Assembly: GCF_018350175.1 (NCBI RefSeq)
Contig: NC_058369.1
Location: forward strand, 13,146,001-13,210,000
Direction: 5' to 3'
From: Felis catus
Lineage: Eukaryota
Length of the DNA: 64,000 nt
The stretch's first letter is position 1. The number at the start of each line of letters is the position of its first letter. The notes beneath the pieces were generated by a model that worked only from the letters and a program-made list of their open reading frames with translations, ran no database searches and was not told where the DNA came from. The position numbers and the translations under genes are program-made. Positions 1 to 61,689 of the stretch are shown here, one piece after another.

Positions 1-46
1 CTATGAGGTCTGGCATACAAGGAATCATCAATAAATGTGAATCCCT

Positions 47-225
47 GGCCCCCTGGGTGGCTTAGTCAATTGAGTGTCTGACTCTTGGTTTCGGCTCAGG
101 TCATGATCCCGGGGTCATAGGATCAAGCCCCACATCGGGCTCTGTGCTGAGTGTGGAGCCTGCTTGGGATTCTGTCTCTCTCTCTCCCTCTGCCCCTCTC
201 CCCTGTTCATGCTCCCCCCCTGTCT
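47..225 (+). mobile_element. CanSINE (older subfamily)
   Basis: cctgggtggcttagtc...ggctcaggtcatgatccc...(ct)n tail. Confidence 0.85.
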
Positions 226-1226
226 TTAGCGGGGACGGATCGACTCCCCTTAGCTCCTTGCTGCCACCCAGTGGTTACAGCCAAAGATCCAGACTGCAGC
301 CACCAAGAAGTGAGACGAGTACGTGCGAACTTTGGACAGGTGACATCTTACGACGACCTGTCTTGCCCACAAAGGGAGATCTCTGCCCTCCTATGTGTCT
401 ACATATCGCCTCCGCCAACAATAATGTTAGCTCTAATTTTAGTGACCACACAGCCTAAGCTAGTCACGGAGATGAGCACTTTAATGCATCATCCCATTTG
501 GTTCTCAACCCTCAACAGAGTTACTGCAGTGAACCCCTTTTTCCAGACAAGGAAGTGGAGGTTGAGAGGTGAAGTGACTTCCCAAGGTCACAGAGAGAGT
601 GGCTGGGCTGGGATTTGACGCCAAGATGGCCTGACACAAAGTCACGGATGCTACCTCCCACCTGGGTGCCTGGGCGTGTGCCCGGGATTCATGTGGTCGT
701 GGGGTGGGACTGGGAAGGCAGAGGTGGTAGGAGGGTCTGCACTGAACAGCCGAGTGGGGACCCAGATGGTGAGGGCCTGTATTTTGGGAGGCTGCTAGCA
801 GTTCAGAGCCCAAAGGGGAGGTCAGAGCGACTCCGTCGACTTTTAACCTCCTTCTGGCTTTGGGGAGAGACTGATACCCTGCTGGAGTCTGAGAATATGG
901 GAGGAAGGGTGATTTCCAACTAAAGGACAAGGTCAGATGGGAAGGTCCTGGGCTCGGGGTTTGGGGTTTGGGAGGCGGAAGGTAGGTCCTCTCTGCTTAC
1001 AACGGGGCGGGGTGGGCGGGCGTGGCCTCCCTCCCTCCAGGCCCCGCCCCCTCCCCATGCCCCGCCCCAGACAGACACAGGCACATCTAGGCGGGAGGTG
1101 GGACAGTGGGTGGGGGGCCGGTGGGTGAGGAGGGGGCGCTGGGTGGGGTGGGTGCAGCCACGCGGTGGGCCGAGTCCAGACACAGAGCGGACGGACAGAC
1201 AGACGGACAGAAGGGCCTCTACTTAC

Positions 1227-49456
<48,230 letters not shown>

Positions 49457-49585
49457 GTCTCCGGGGTCGCCGGCGGGCCGGCTCTGTCGGGTGGAGCTTA
49501 GCGGCCACTGGGCTGGGGCATGGCCGGGGCTGCAGCCCGCGCTCAGCTCACGCCGGGGCCCGGCCTCCGCCGCCGGCCATCTTGG

Positions 49586-49612
49586 TTCAGCACCGGGGGT
49601 GCGGACAGCTCC
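49586..49612 (+). promoter_or_regulatory. non-canonical (spaced) RE1/NRSE site
   Basis: TTCAGCACC-8 nt-GGACAGCTCC. Confidence 0.7.
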
Positions 49613-50349
49613 TGACGTGGTGCTGATGTGGAGCTGGCGGGCGGAGCCCAGGGACGCCTGATGGGGCGGGGGCGCTGCAGGCTTGGGGGAGCTTTAAAGG
49701 GCCGGAGCCGGGTGGGGGCTCCCCGTCCCCAGGGCTTCCAGACCAGAGGGACACAGGGCAGCCCCATTCAGGTTCCCTACAGGCTCTGCGTGTTTTCGTC
49801 TCTGCTGGAGTCGCTTTGTGGGCTCTCTGTCTCTTGAGTCCTTTGCTGTCTCTGCTTTCCCTGAGTATCTCTGTTCCTCTGTCTCATTGCTGGCTTCTCT
49901 ATTTCTTTCTCTCCCTGTGTCTCTCTGTTCCTCTTTTTGTCTCCCCATCTCTCGGTCACGTGTCTCCCTCTGAGCATTTTTTCTGTTCAGTCTCTCTGCC
50001 TCTCCCTGTCTAGATCTCCCTCTGAGTCTCTGTTTCACTATTTAAGTCATTCAGGCTGTGGATCTTTGCATACACTCAGACTGGATCCTGTCCTTCACTC
50101 CCTGGTGTAACTGGCAAACTCCTATTCATCCATCAACGCCCAGATTGAACATCCCCTCTTCCAGGAAGCCTTCACTGACTCCGCCACACTGGCCCTTTAC
50201 TTACCTTCTGGACTCCCCCAGCTCCCAACTCTTCCCCTGGCTCAGCCCTGACCCCAACACATCTCTGCTCCCCGCCCTCCCCACTGATCTAGCTGGGCAG
50301 TTCCATATGGGTTCAACACAATGCTGCCAGTTTTCATCCACGTTTCTGC

Positions 50350-52560
50350 AAGTGTGACTGTAATATGTGCAGCTTTCACTATTCTACAGTATTCTCTTGA
50401 TTTACGATACCCCTGGTTATCTATTTTCCATCTGATAGATCTTAAGATTGTTCCCACTTTGAGTTTATTTTTTTTTAAACTTTTATAATCATTCTCAGAA
50501 ATGTAGGCTGGTGCATGAGTAAGACCGCTGGATCATAGGACGCCCACACGCTCTGCTTCACGAGATAACATCAACTTGTTTTTTCTGACGTAGCTCCAAC
50601 TATTTCCATCACACCAGCACCATATAAGCATTCAGTTGCCCCACACCCTTGTCAACACTTGGAATACTCTCAGTTTTTGGATCATGCCAAAATGGAGGGG
50701 GAGAAGTAGTGCCTCATTTTGGTGTTTTTTTTTTTTATTTTTTTCAACGTTTTTTATTTATTTTTGGGACAGAGAGAGACAGAGCATGAACGGGGGAGGG
50801 GCAGAGAGAGAGGGAGACACAGAATCCGAAGCAGGCTCCAGGCTCCGAGCCATCAGCCCAGAGCCCGACGCGGGGCTCGAACTCACGGACCGCGAGATCG
50901 TGACCCGGCTGAAGTCGGACGCTTAACCGACTGCGCCACCCAGGCGCCCCTAGTTTTGATTTGCTTTCTGATTGCTCATGAGGGGGACCTTTTCCTGTGA
51001 GTATTGGTTTCTTCTTAGGGTGAAATTCTTGCTCAAGTCTTTCATCCGTTTTTAAAAATGTGACTTTCATTTCCTACTCTTGTGTAGGTCTTTATCCATA
51101 TTAGACACAACCCCTTTGTTGGTTTAATGCGTGCTGTAAAACTTTCTTAAAGATCTCCAGTTTTGTGGCTGGTTGCCATTCTATTTATGGTATCCTTTTC
51201 TGAACAGAGGCTCTTAATTTTTTAAATAAACTTTTTATTTTGGAAAAAAATTTAGACATACAGAAAAGTTGCAGAGGCACTGAGCTGTAAAAAGATACAG
51301 ACTGTTTGTATATACTCTTTACCTAGTTTGCCCTGATGTTAACGTCTAGCATGTGGTTACAGGGTTATACGTGTCAAAAGTAAAACATTTGCATTGGTGC
51401 TTATTATTAACTAAATCCCAAACTTTATATTTCACCAGTTTTTCCAGCTAATGTTCTCTTCCTAGGCAATGATCCAATCCAGGATCCTACACCGCATGTA
51501 ATGACCTTATCTCCTTGGTCTCCACCTAGCTGTGATTTCTTGGTCTTTCTTATTAGTCATGACTTCGACACGTGTAAAGAGTACTTGTCAGGCATTTTGC
51601 AGAAAGTCACTTGATTTGTGTTTTTCTGATGCTTTCTCATTATGAGACTGGGGTTATGGGCTTGAGGGGAAGATCACAGAGACGGGGGTCCTTCGTTGTC
51701 ACCAGAGGTCCCTGATGCCCACATGACATCACAGGGACTGTTAACTTTGACCATCAGGGTTAGATGCTGTCTGCCACGCGCATCCACTGTCAACTTACAA
51801 TTTTTCTCCTTCCCTGTTCTGCTCTTTGTAAGCAAATCACTAAGCTCAGCCCACCCTGAAGGGGAGGGAATTATATGCCAGCTTCTGGAGCAGGAGTATC
51901 TAGGGAGATCTTAATTTTAAATTCCTTTTTTACTGCTGTTACACATAACAAAATGTACCATTTTAACCATTTTAAAGCGTACAATTCAGGGGCCTTTTTT
52001 TTACATTCACAAGGTTGTGCAACCACCACCTCTATCTAGTAATAACATATTTCTGTTACCCTAAAAAGAAACCCCATCCCCGTTGGCAGTCGCTCCTCAC
52101 CCCCCTCTCCCAGCCCCTTGAAGCCACCAATCTGCTCTCTGTGTCTATGGATTTAATTTAAGATTCTTCAGCCTTAATCTTTTTCTTTGCAGTAAAGAAA
52201 ATGCAAGACACTGTTATTTCCTCCTTACCAGATCTTTATCTCTCATTTATTTTTCCTGCCTTATGGTGCAGACCGGTGCAATCTCAAGACATCATGGTAA
52301 CTGACATCCTTGCCTTGTCTGCCCATCTGAAAGAGAACATTTCCATGTTCACCACCAAATAGGATATCTGCTGGAAGTTTTTAATAGAAAATCAAGTTAA
52401 AGAGGTCGACTTCTATTTCCAGTGTGCTAAGACTTTTTTTTTTTTTTTTTTTTTTTTTGCTTTTACCACACACAGGTGGTGAATTTTAGCAATTAGATTT
52501 CCCAGTCTTTACTGGGTGTATCTTAACTTTTTGCCTTTAATCCGTTCATGTGCAGTACCT
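50350..52560 (-). mobile_element. old L1 fragments interrupted by a SINE
   Basis: T-rich; ttgccccacacccttgtcaacactt and ttaaccattttaaagcgtacaattcag motifs. Confidence 0.55.
50722..50950 (-). mobile_element. SINEC_Fc
   Basis: Reverse-complement young CanSINE. Confidence 0.93.
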
Positions 52561-52772
52561 TCTCTCTATATGGTTGATATGCATTGGTCTCTCCTGTTGT
52601 CTGTCTCTTTCATCCACACATCGCCTCCTTCTATCTGCCAAAGCCTCTGATAAACTCATCATTCAGATCCAATGAATTTTAAGCCCCACCGTTCCGTTTT
52701 GCTGCCGCCAACAGCGCTGCTAAGTCCAAAGCTGTTTGAGCTATCTCATCCCTCCATTTAGTCATACCATGC

Positions 52773-52962
52773 TGGGGCACCTGGGTAGCTCGGTCCGTTG
52801 AACGTCCGACTCTTGATTTCAGTTCGGGTCATGATCCCAGGATCATGGGATCAAGCCCCGCCTCGGACTCCACACTGAGCACGGAGCCTGTTTGAGATTC
52901 TCTCTCGCTCCTTCTGCCCCTCTTCCCGGCTCGTGTTCTCTCTCTTAAAAGAAAAAAAAAAT
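52773..52962 (+). mobile_element. CanSINE (older)
   Basis: ggggcacctgggtagctc head, A tail. Confidence 0.88.
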
Positions 52963-53281
52963 TATGCCAGGCTGCCTCCATGTTTCTCTTGCTCTCTCTT
53001 CTCTGCAGCTCCCTCTTTCCCTGGCTCCTCTTACTAGGCATCTGCATTCAAGTCTTCGGCAAACTCATACTCACTCTCTGTCCTTCTATCCCTCTTCTCT
53101 TGGCTTCCGGTGTTTAACTCTCTTTACCATGCTATGAAGCCCACAGAGAAAAGTGATTCAAAGACAAATAACGGGAGATAGTACACAGACTGGTGAGAAG
53201 TACAATTCCTCTCCCTCATGCACACACACAGGAGAAGACCCACCTATCACCCAACATGCGTGTGTGTGTGTGTGTGTGTGT

Positions 53282-53317
<36 letters not shown>

Positions 53318-53489
53318 CTCCCAGGCAACGAGCTCCTGTCAATCCCCAGGGGCCCAAACTTGCTCATACCCTACGCCAAAAGCTTCTCCTGTAGCCCCAA
53401 TCCAGGGGCAACCATGCTTGGTCTTCAAATAAATTCCCAGTCTTTACTGGGTATATCTGATGTCTCTCGTACTGTACAAAGCTCCACAG

Positions 53490-54660
53490 AGGGGAAAGAT
53501 ATGAATGGGATGTCAATCAATTTGTTAAGCAAGTGTTTGTTGGCACCTCCTGGATGCTGGGGACTACTCTTGTCATCAGGTTCCACCGAGTGACATGGCT
53601 CCTAGCATGAAAGTTGGCAACAAACAAGCCTTCACAGCAGGCATCAAGGAAAATTATGAGGAAAACGGGGAGGGTCCCATGATGGACAGGAATGGTGCAG
53701 GATGGGAAAAGTGCCGTCTGGAGGAGTAACACATGAGCGGAGACCCAAAGGAAGAGAAGGATCCAGGCATGGGAAGAGATGGGGAAGGGACATTCAAGAC
53801 AGCAGAGCAGGTGCAAAGGCCCTGAGGTAGGCCCATGTCTGGTGTACTGTAGGAATACCAAGGAAGCTGGTGTGGCTGGAACAGAGTGAGAGAGAAGGGA
53901 GATGGGCAGGGGTAAAGACCACGTGGAGTTTCCTGGCTACGGGGAGGAGTGTGAGTTTTACTTGAAGGGTAATGAGAGCCATGAGATGGCTTGGAGCAGA
54001 GAAAGGACATGATCTGATTTATGATTTAAGAATCCCTGAGGCACCTGGGTGGCTGAGTCAGTTGCGCATCTGACTCTTGATTTCGGCTCAGGTCATGATC
54101 CCACATTTCATGGGATCAAGCCCCACGTCAGGCTCTGTGCTGACAGTGCGGAGCCTGCTTGGGATTCTCTCTCTCCCTCCCTCTCTTGCTCTCTTTCTCA
54201 AGATAAATAAATAAAAACTTAAAAAAAAAAAAAAAAGAATCCCTCTGAGACTACCAGGGGAGCAGGGATGGTCGTGGCAAGAGTGTAGGTGACAGGAGGC
54301 CAGAGCAGCACCCAGGTGGCAGGTGACAGGGCCTATGGGAATGGAGGGATGGTTCAGGTTCATTCTGGAGTCTCAGTCTAAAGTACCAGCCAATGAACCG
54401 GACATGTGGAGGTAAGGGAAGAGAAGTGACAAGAACGGGTCCAGATTTGGGGTCTGGGAGACTGGGAGATGGTGGAGACATCTGCCATACTGATGAAGAA
54501 GTGGAAGAAACTTCGGGGTAAGAAACTGAGACCTATGTGTTGGGCTTGCTGAGTTGGAAATGCCTGCAAGGCACCCATATGGGAATACCCAGTGCAGGTG
54601 ACTATTTGAGTCTGAAACTCGGGGCTGGTGATACAAATGGGATAGACATCAACATGAGAT
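53490..54660 (-). mobile_element. L2 fragment(s)
   Basis: gtgcaaaggccctgagg, gacatgatctgattt and other L2 3'-end motifs. Confidence 0.6.
54038..54236 (+). mobile_element. CanSINE inserted in L2
   Basis: TSD aagaatccct. Confidence 0.9.
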
Positions 54661-54879
54661 GGGTGTGGCCACTTGGGCCCAGAGGGGAGAGAGAGGGTAA
54701 AGGGCCCCCTGGCTCCCAGGACCAGAACTAAGACTTCAAACCCAGGGTCCACCTTCCATATGTTTGCCCATCCCCAGCTGTAGTCCCTGTGACCAGGGCA
54801 GCAAGCACTGGTAAGTGCAGGGAACATGGAACTCAGAGCCCCTGGGACTGCCATACAGTCTCATCTCCCCCCATCATTT

Positions 54880-55108
54880 CTTTTTTTTTTCTTTTTTTTT
54901 TTTCAACGTTTTTATTTATTTTTGGGACAGAGAGAGACAGAGCATGAACGGGGGAGGGGCAGAGACAGAGGGAGACACAGAATCGGAAACAGGCTCCAGG
55001 CTCTGAGCCATCAGCCCAGAGCCTGACGCGGGGCTCGAACTCACGGACCGCGAGATCGTGACCTGGCTGAAGTCGGACGCTTAACCGACTGCGCCACCCA
55101 AGCGCCCC
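54880..55108 (-). mobile_element. SINEC_Fc
   Basis: TSD ctccccccatcatttct. Confidence 0.93.
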
Positions 55109-56305
55109 TCCCCCCATCATTTCTATTGTCAACGGCCTTGGGTACTGGGGTAGGGCGGGAGTGGAGGAGTACTGAAGGAGATGAAGTGGATACAAGTAGG
55201 TGATCGTCCATTCAAGGTTCTCCTGAGTGGAGAGGGAAAGAGTATTCAGGCGGTTCCAGAAAGCCTACTGCGTGCTTGGCAATGTCCCGAAATGCCTGAC
55301 AGATGCTATTTCCCTTAATCCTTTGCAGCCTAACGTGGGAGCAATAGTATGCTCATTTTATAGACAGGAAGATCGAGTTCCTGAGAGGTTGGAGGGATGG
55401 GAATTGAAGCTGCACCAACTGTCAGAATAGGCCATTTCCGTAACACAGATGCTCATGTAATCATTCAATGAACACGACATCCACGCACGCATAGTGCCCA
55501 ATCCGGGGTCCTATATGGTGACTGCGAGGGGGTGCGGGGCAACAGGACCCAATCTCCAAGGTCAGAGGAGGGACAAAGGAAGGGAGAAGGGATTCTTGGG
55601 ATGCTGCCAACAGCTTCCTGGAAGAGCAGAAACTGGAGAGTGAGGACATCTCACAAAGGACTGAGAATTAGAGGACGAGCATTCCTTGGCAGAGGGCATG
55701 GTGAGTCAAACGTTCGGAGGCTGTGCCACTTGCTGGACCTACTCTGGGCCTTCAGGCCGGGGTCACAAAGGGAAACCGATGCGGGCAGTCTTGGTTTATC
55801 ACGTATAAAACGGGGGTTGAAAAGGTAACTGTGACCCAAAGAACTAACGAGAAGAGGGCAGCGCGGCCCTTTGCGAGTTCCCAGCCGCGACCTGCACGGC
55901 TCTGACAAGGGACTAACTCAAGGAAGCGAAGCACTGGATTGGCTTGCGGAGGGCGGACAATAAAAAGAGGACGATTGGATTGGTCAAGAGGATGAGGTGG
56001 CAAAAAGTGCGAAGAGAGGCGATAGGTCCAGGGGGAGTGGGGGTGTGGCTCCGGGCTCAGAGGCGGGGCTCAGCCTGAAGTCTCCCGAGTGACCAGCAGG
56101 TGGCAGTACTGGGCCAAAGAACGATCCCAAGGCCCGGCCCCGTCGCAGGCAGGAACCCTGTCCAGGAGAGCCAGACACTGCCCACTCGTTTAATCCCCTC
56201 AACCGAGTTTACCGACCGGGAAGCAGAACGAAAATGCAAGTCACGCGCCCAAGGTCCCACAGCCGGTGAGTGGCAGAGTTGGGATTCAAATCCAGGCAGC
56301 CCCTT

Positions 56306-56535
56306 GGGGCGCCTGGGTGGCGCAGTCGGTTAAGCGTCGGACTTCAGCCAGGTCACGATCTCGCGGTCCGTGAGTTCGAGCCCCGCGTCAGGCTCTGGGC
56401 TGATGGCTCAGAGCTGATGGCTCAGAGCCTGGAGCCTGTTTCAGATTCTGTGTCTCCCTCTCTCTCTCTGCCCCTCCCCCGTTCATGCTCTGTCTCTCTC
56501 TGTCCCAAAAATAAATAAACGTTGAAAAAAAAAAT
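56306..56535 (+). mobile_element. SINEC_Fc inserted in a MIR-like element
   Basis: Long TSD ttcaaatccaggcagcccctt; 14-bp internal duplication. Confidence 0.93.
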
Positions 56536-58064
56536 TCAAATCCAGGCAGCCCCTTGGGGCCCTTAACCCGTGATAGTTAAAACAACAACAAAGATTCCTT
56601 CTCAACAATTACTGAACTCTTCCTGTGTACCTTACACGCCATCCCCCAGATGGCTACATTCATTTCCATTTTGCAGATGAGGTTTTCCTCGTCTGAAAGC
56701 ACCGAGGAGGGGCTCGGGGCACCAAGCGGGTTCTGTGTCTAACGTGAGAATCCCAAGAGGATGTGAGGCTCGTCCACTGGTGGCCCTGGGTCCAGCTCAG
56801 GGGAGGGATTAGTAGGAACCTAAAGCCTCTGCCCTCTGCAGCCTCCAGCCCGCTGCTGCTGCCACAGTCCCCGACCAAGTCCCTCGCTGTGCCCCAGCCC
56901 AGCACTGCACCCTCATTCATGCCACCCCTTCAGATCTTGCTTCCTCACTACAGATTGGCTGGAGATCGGTGCCCTTGCACCCAGACTTGGGGAGGGGGAG
57001 ACGGGTGCCTAAGAACATTCGACAAGCGGCCTTGGTGATTGTCACTTTCACCAAGTGGGAAAACTGCAGATCGGAGACGCCAAGGTATTTGCCCAAGCTG
57101 TGCAGGCAGGAGGAGGCACAGCTGGACTTGAACCCAGAGCTGCAAGCTCTCATGCTTCTAGAACTACCATCAAGGTACTTTCAGGCAGGGCCCTGTCCAC
57201 CCCTCCCTTCTGGAGCTCCCAGTATTCCAGCGTCCTGTGAAAATGTTGAGACTCAGCTGCCCACACACTGGTTCAGAATGCAAAAAAACTGCCAGGTCCA
57301 AACAAATCGATGTTTAATTACGTTCAGGAACAGGATGTCAGCTTCACTGGGGTTAAGGTCGATGCATCAGAAAACAGGTCTGGGGTTGGATATGGTCTCC
57401 CTGGGAAGACCCCAGCTGGGTCACTGCCTCTCTTGAGTAGGCAGCTACCCGTGGCCGGTCGATTTCCGAAGCAAAATGATAAATTAATTGCACGAATAGC
57501 TAACCAAGTGAGAGCTTAGCACGTGCAGGACTGGATCCTGCTCCATGTTGTAAATCATTTAATCTCCACAGAGACCCTCCTGGGCGGAAGTTATTACGAT
57601 ACGGTTTCAAGGAATGGGGAAACTGAGGCACGGGACAGTCACACGGCTGGAGAGGGACATAGTTGGAATTTGAACCCCACCAGGCTAGGGATATGCACCG
57701 TGACCCTCGTGCTGTCCTCAACCTTATGTTTCTCATTCGGTCATTAGCGGGATGGGAGATGCGGGTACAACTGTGACTTTTTTTTTACTTGCTTCGGGTC
57801 TGGATGTAAGGACGTGGCTGGCGCTGCCTCGTGGGCCAGATGAGACGGGGTGGGAAACCAGGTGGGGACCCATCTCTGTCCCCTCTAACCAGTTTCCGAG
57901 ACTGCAAGCCACCCAGGCAGGTCACCTCCTGTTCTGGATCTGGACTCTTGAAATGAGCAGCTCCACCTCTGACCACAACCCCTGTGGCCGCGCTGATTGG
58001 ACCAAGCCGGGGGTAATTGCTAAGGCAGCTCTTCGTAGAACAGTGACCACCAGGGAGAAGGCTC

Positions 58065-58136
58065 GCTCCGCCCACAAGCTCCGCCCACAAGCTCCGCCCA
58101 CAAAGCTCCGCCCACAAGCTCCGCCCACAAAGCTCC
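58065..58136. repeat. 13/14-bp tandem repeat x5 (gctccgcccacaa)
   Basis: Direct reading. Confidence 0.95.
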
Positions 58137-59009
58137 TCTTCTGGCTTCAGTGATTCCGCCCCCTCCCGCCCCCAGCCTCCGCCGTGGCCTCCCCATCTCT
58201 TACATCGTCCTCCAGACTTGGCCTCCCTGGGTGTCTTTAATTCCTCTGACACACCTCGCCTGCTGGCTTTTGCAAGCGCTGTTTCACCGCCACGAACTCC
58301 CCTTCCCCTCTCTTCTCCTGGGTAAACTGCTTTCTTTCCTGCTCTCAGTTGAAAAGCCTCCTCATCCTGAAAATCTTCCCTGACCCCCAAGACTGGCTGG
58401 AGAATTCCCTGTGTTCTCCTCATACCAGTTTTCTTGTCTCTCTCCCAATCGGGTCAGCAAGCTCCTTAAAAGCCAGGATGGGATCTCGGAAAACGTCGTC
58501 TCCCCATTGCCTGGTAGGTGCCGAGGTGCTCAAGAAACCTATGTCAAGCGGAATAATTACTGAATTAATCTGGTATTAAAGATTAGGGAGCCCTTGGCCC
58601 TTCTGAGAACACTGAGCTAGGCGCTTTGAGGGCAGGACGCTGCTGGCCCGGGACAGTCTGGCACACCGTGTGCACTCAACACTTGTGTGTGGGAGGAGGG
58701 AAGGGACGTACGTCATTTCTGAAGATGACGCGTGCTCACTACTGGCTCGGAGCATCATTTCTTGGTCCTCTGCAACCCCCAGGGACCTAAACCGGTCCAA
58801 CCAGTCACCTCCCTCCCACTCGCTCTCGATCTAGGGCCGGCCCTCAGGCGGGGTTGGGCGTGGCCTGAGGGAGAGGAAGGGGCGGGAACTTGTGTCCTAA
58901 GCCATCATTGGGTGGCCGTGGCGCTGTCTCGTCCAATCCGCCTTGGGGGTGGAGTTTGGACAGGTCCAGGGCAGGTGGGAAGAGAGGGAAGGAAATCGCC
59001 ATTTCTTTT

Positions 59010-59012
59010 TAA

Positions 59013-59063
<51 letters not shown>

Positions 59064-59288
59064 AACGTTTATTTATTTTTGAGAGACAGAGAGAGACAGA
59101 GCACAAGCGGGGGAGGGGCAGAGAGAGAGGGAGACACAGCATCTGAAGCAGGTTCCAGGCTCTGAGCTGACAGCACAGAGCCCGATCCGGGGCTCGAACT
59201 CACGAACAGCGAGATCGTGCCCTGAGTCAGATGCTCAAGCAACTGAGCCACCCAGATGCTCGACCTACTGAGCCACCCAGGTGCCCCA
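59010..59288 (-). mobile_element. CanSINE with (TG)n in tail
   Basis: TSD ggaaatcgccatttct. Confidence 0.9.
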
Positions 59289-61024
59289 GGAAATCGCCAT
59301 TTCTGGCGGCGTCTTTGAGTTAATTGGGGAGGGAGCGGGAAGGGCTGAGAGTCCTCGCAGAGGACCGGATTATAAACAAACAAAATGCAGCCCCCTCCAC
59401 GCACAACCCCCTTCCTTCCCGCGCGGCATCCTGGCGACTTTGCGGAACGAACTGACGGCAAGCGGGCCCCCACCTCCACCAGCCTACTCCCAGCTAAGTG
59501 TTTAAGAGCCCAGCTCCCAAAAGGGAGGGCATCTGGATTCGAATCCTGCGTCTGTCACATGCTGTCTGTGTGATATTGGGCATGTCACTTACTCTGTCTA
59601 GTCCTCAGTTTCCTCATCTGTACAGTGGGATGGGTAGTGACATGTGTTAATCTGTAAAATACTTGGAACCATAAAATGTTTGGAACCAGCTCGCAGTTGT
59701 TTTTACAGTTCACGTTCCATGTCCCTTCTTCTCCCACACTCTCCTTGGCTCCTATGGCCCTCAGAGTAAAATCCACACACCTTCCTGTGACCAGGGGGCC
59801 CTGTGTGGCCCAATCCCCACCAGCCTCCCTGGCCACACCTTCCTGAATCTCCCTGTCACACCATACAGCCTCTCTGTGGTCTCCGAGTCTTCCCACACGC
59901 CCAGTCTCTTCTGGCCACAGGGCCTTTGCACATGCTGTTCTCCCCCACAGGAAGTGCTCTTCCTCCTCCGGGTGCTCCTTATGCTGTCCCGCAGTGTGCT
60001 CAACTCCTCCTCCTCCCTCAGGTCCTGACTCAAGTGCTGCTTCCCCCAGGAAGTCCTCCTAGATCTCTTCAGATCAGGTAAGGACCTCCCTGTTCCGGTC
60101 ACAGGTCTCAAATGTCTCAAATGCATAGACCTCCATCAACAAGTCCTCCTCCATCACCATCACACCACCAGGCCCATAGGGAAGGGTTATATGTTTTTCC
60201 TCCCATATATCTCCCCTAGAGAGACATAAGCTCCACTGGTGGGAGGTGGCTTGGAGGAGGTCCAAGCATCTCTTTGAGGCAGAACCATGTCATCTTGGCC
60301 TCATTTAACCCAAACAATATATTCCAAGGCAAAAACATTCAGCACCTGCTGCTTCTGCTCTGGAGGAGCAAATTGGAGCCACACCCTCCTCCTAGGAGAC
60401 CCCTGTTGGGCCCTGAAGAACACCCATGTTCCTTCCCTCCAGGGCATCTTTATGCTCTCCCTCTCCTTGCAGCTCAGCCATGACCTTTAGGGAGTCTGTG
60501 TCTGGTTCTGACTCCCCCAGCCCGGGGACTCCTTGGGACCAGGCTGGGGTGAGATTGGCACAGAGGTTTTGGCTGGAGGCGTTTGCTGAATTAACGAATA
60601 CACCTTCTGCCCGGTGAACTCCTATGCACTCTTCAAAAGCCTAGTTCCAATGTCCCTTTTTTGAGGACACCTTCCCTGTCTCCCCAGACAAAGCCCTCAC
60701 TCCCCCTACTCCCAATTCTTCCAGCTCCTGGCCCCACCCTCCAGCCCAACCCTGACTCCACAGGGCTAGGGGACATCTGTGGACAGCTCTTCCTCCTGCA
60801 AACTGAGGTCTCCTTGGGGACCAGGACTGAGACCTCTTAGGGGCACGGGAAAGTTGTCAGGAAGTATTTACTCAGCAGATCAATGAACACATGAATGAGT
60901 GAATGAATGAATAACTGTTTCAGGGCTTGGAGTCAGTTGTCCTGGGTTCGCATGCTGGCCACTGAATCTGTCCCTTGACCCCTCTGAATCTCACTTCCCC
61001 ATTTATTAAATGTGTTTACTCAGA

Positions 61025-61232
61025 GGGGCGCCTGGGTGGCTCAGTCGGTTAAGCATCTGACTTCGGCTCAGGTCATGATCTCACGGTCCTTGAGTTTGAG
61101 CCCCGTGTCGGGCTATGTGCTGACGGCTCGGAGCCTGGACCCTCCTTCAGATTCTGTGTCTACCTCTCTCTGACCCTCCCCCATTCATGCTCTGTCTCAA
61201 AAACAAATAAACGTCAAAAAAAAATTTTTTTA
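61025..61232 (+). mobile_element. CanSINE
   Basis: TSD aatgtgtttactcagag. Confidence 0.92.
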
Positions 61233-61486
61233 ATGTGTTTACTCAGAGACTTTGCCCCACGTTGCTGCAAGGATGAAATTAACAATACATAAAGCACACA
61301 GCCTCGGGGACCTTAGGCTTCCTCCAGTCCCAGCCCTGTGCACCCAGGACCAGCAGTTTTGTTCCCCTCCCCAGCGCCCAGAACTAGTGTCCTCGACAGG
61401 TACACTTAATGGATGCTGAAGTACAGGGTTGGTGAGAGGGGTAGAGGAAGGAGGGAAGACAGGCAAATATTACAAAGGCTGAAACC

Positions 61487-61675
61487 TGGAGTGCCTGGGT
61501 GGCTCAGTCGGTTAAGCGCCTGACTCTTGATTTCAGCTCAGGTCATGATCTCGTGATTGTGAGATTGGGCTCCGCGTCAGGCTCTGTGCTAGGCATGGGG
61601 ACTGCTTAAGATTCTCTCTCCCCCTTTCCCTCTGCCCCTGCGCCCTCGAGCTCTCTCTCCTTCTCTCAAGAAAAT
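61487..61675 (+). mobile_element. CanSINE (older)
   Basis: Head and CT-rich segment; TSD ctgaaacct. Confidence 0.85.
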
Positions 61676-61689
61676 GCCTGAAACCTAAG

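Noticed and set aside
1001..1086. 86-nt pseudo-exon (tag...gtaag) after the MI microexon
   Set aside because: Frameshifting and unlike the expected next Munc13-1 sequence.
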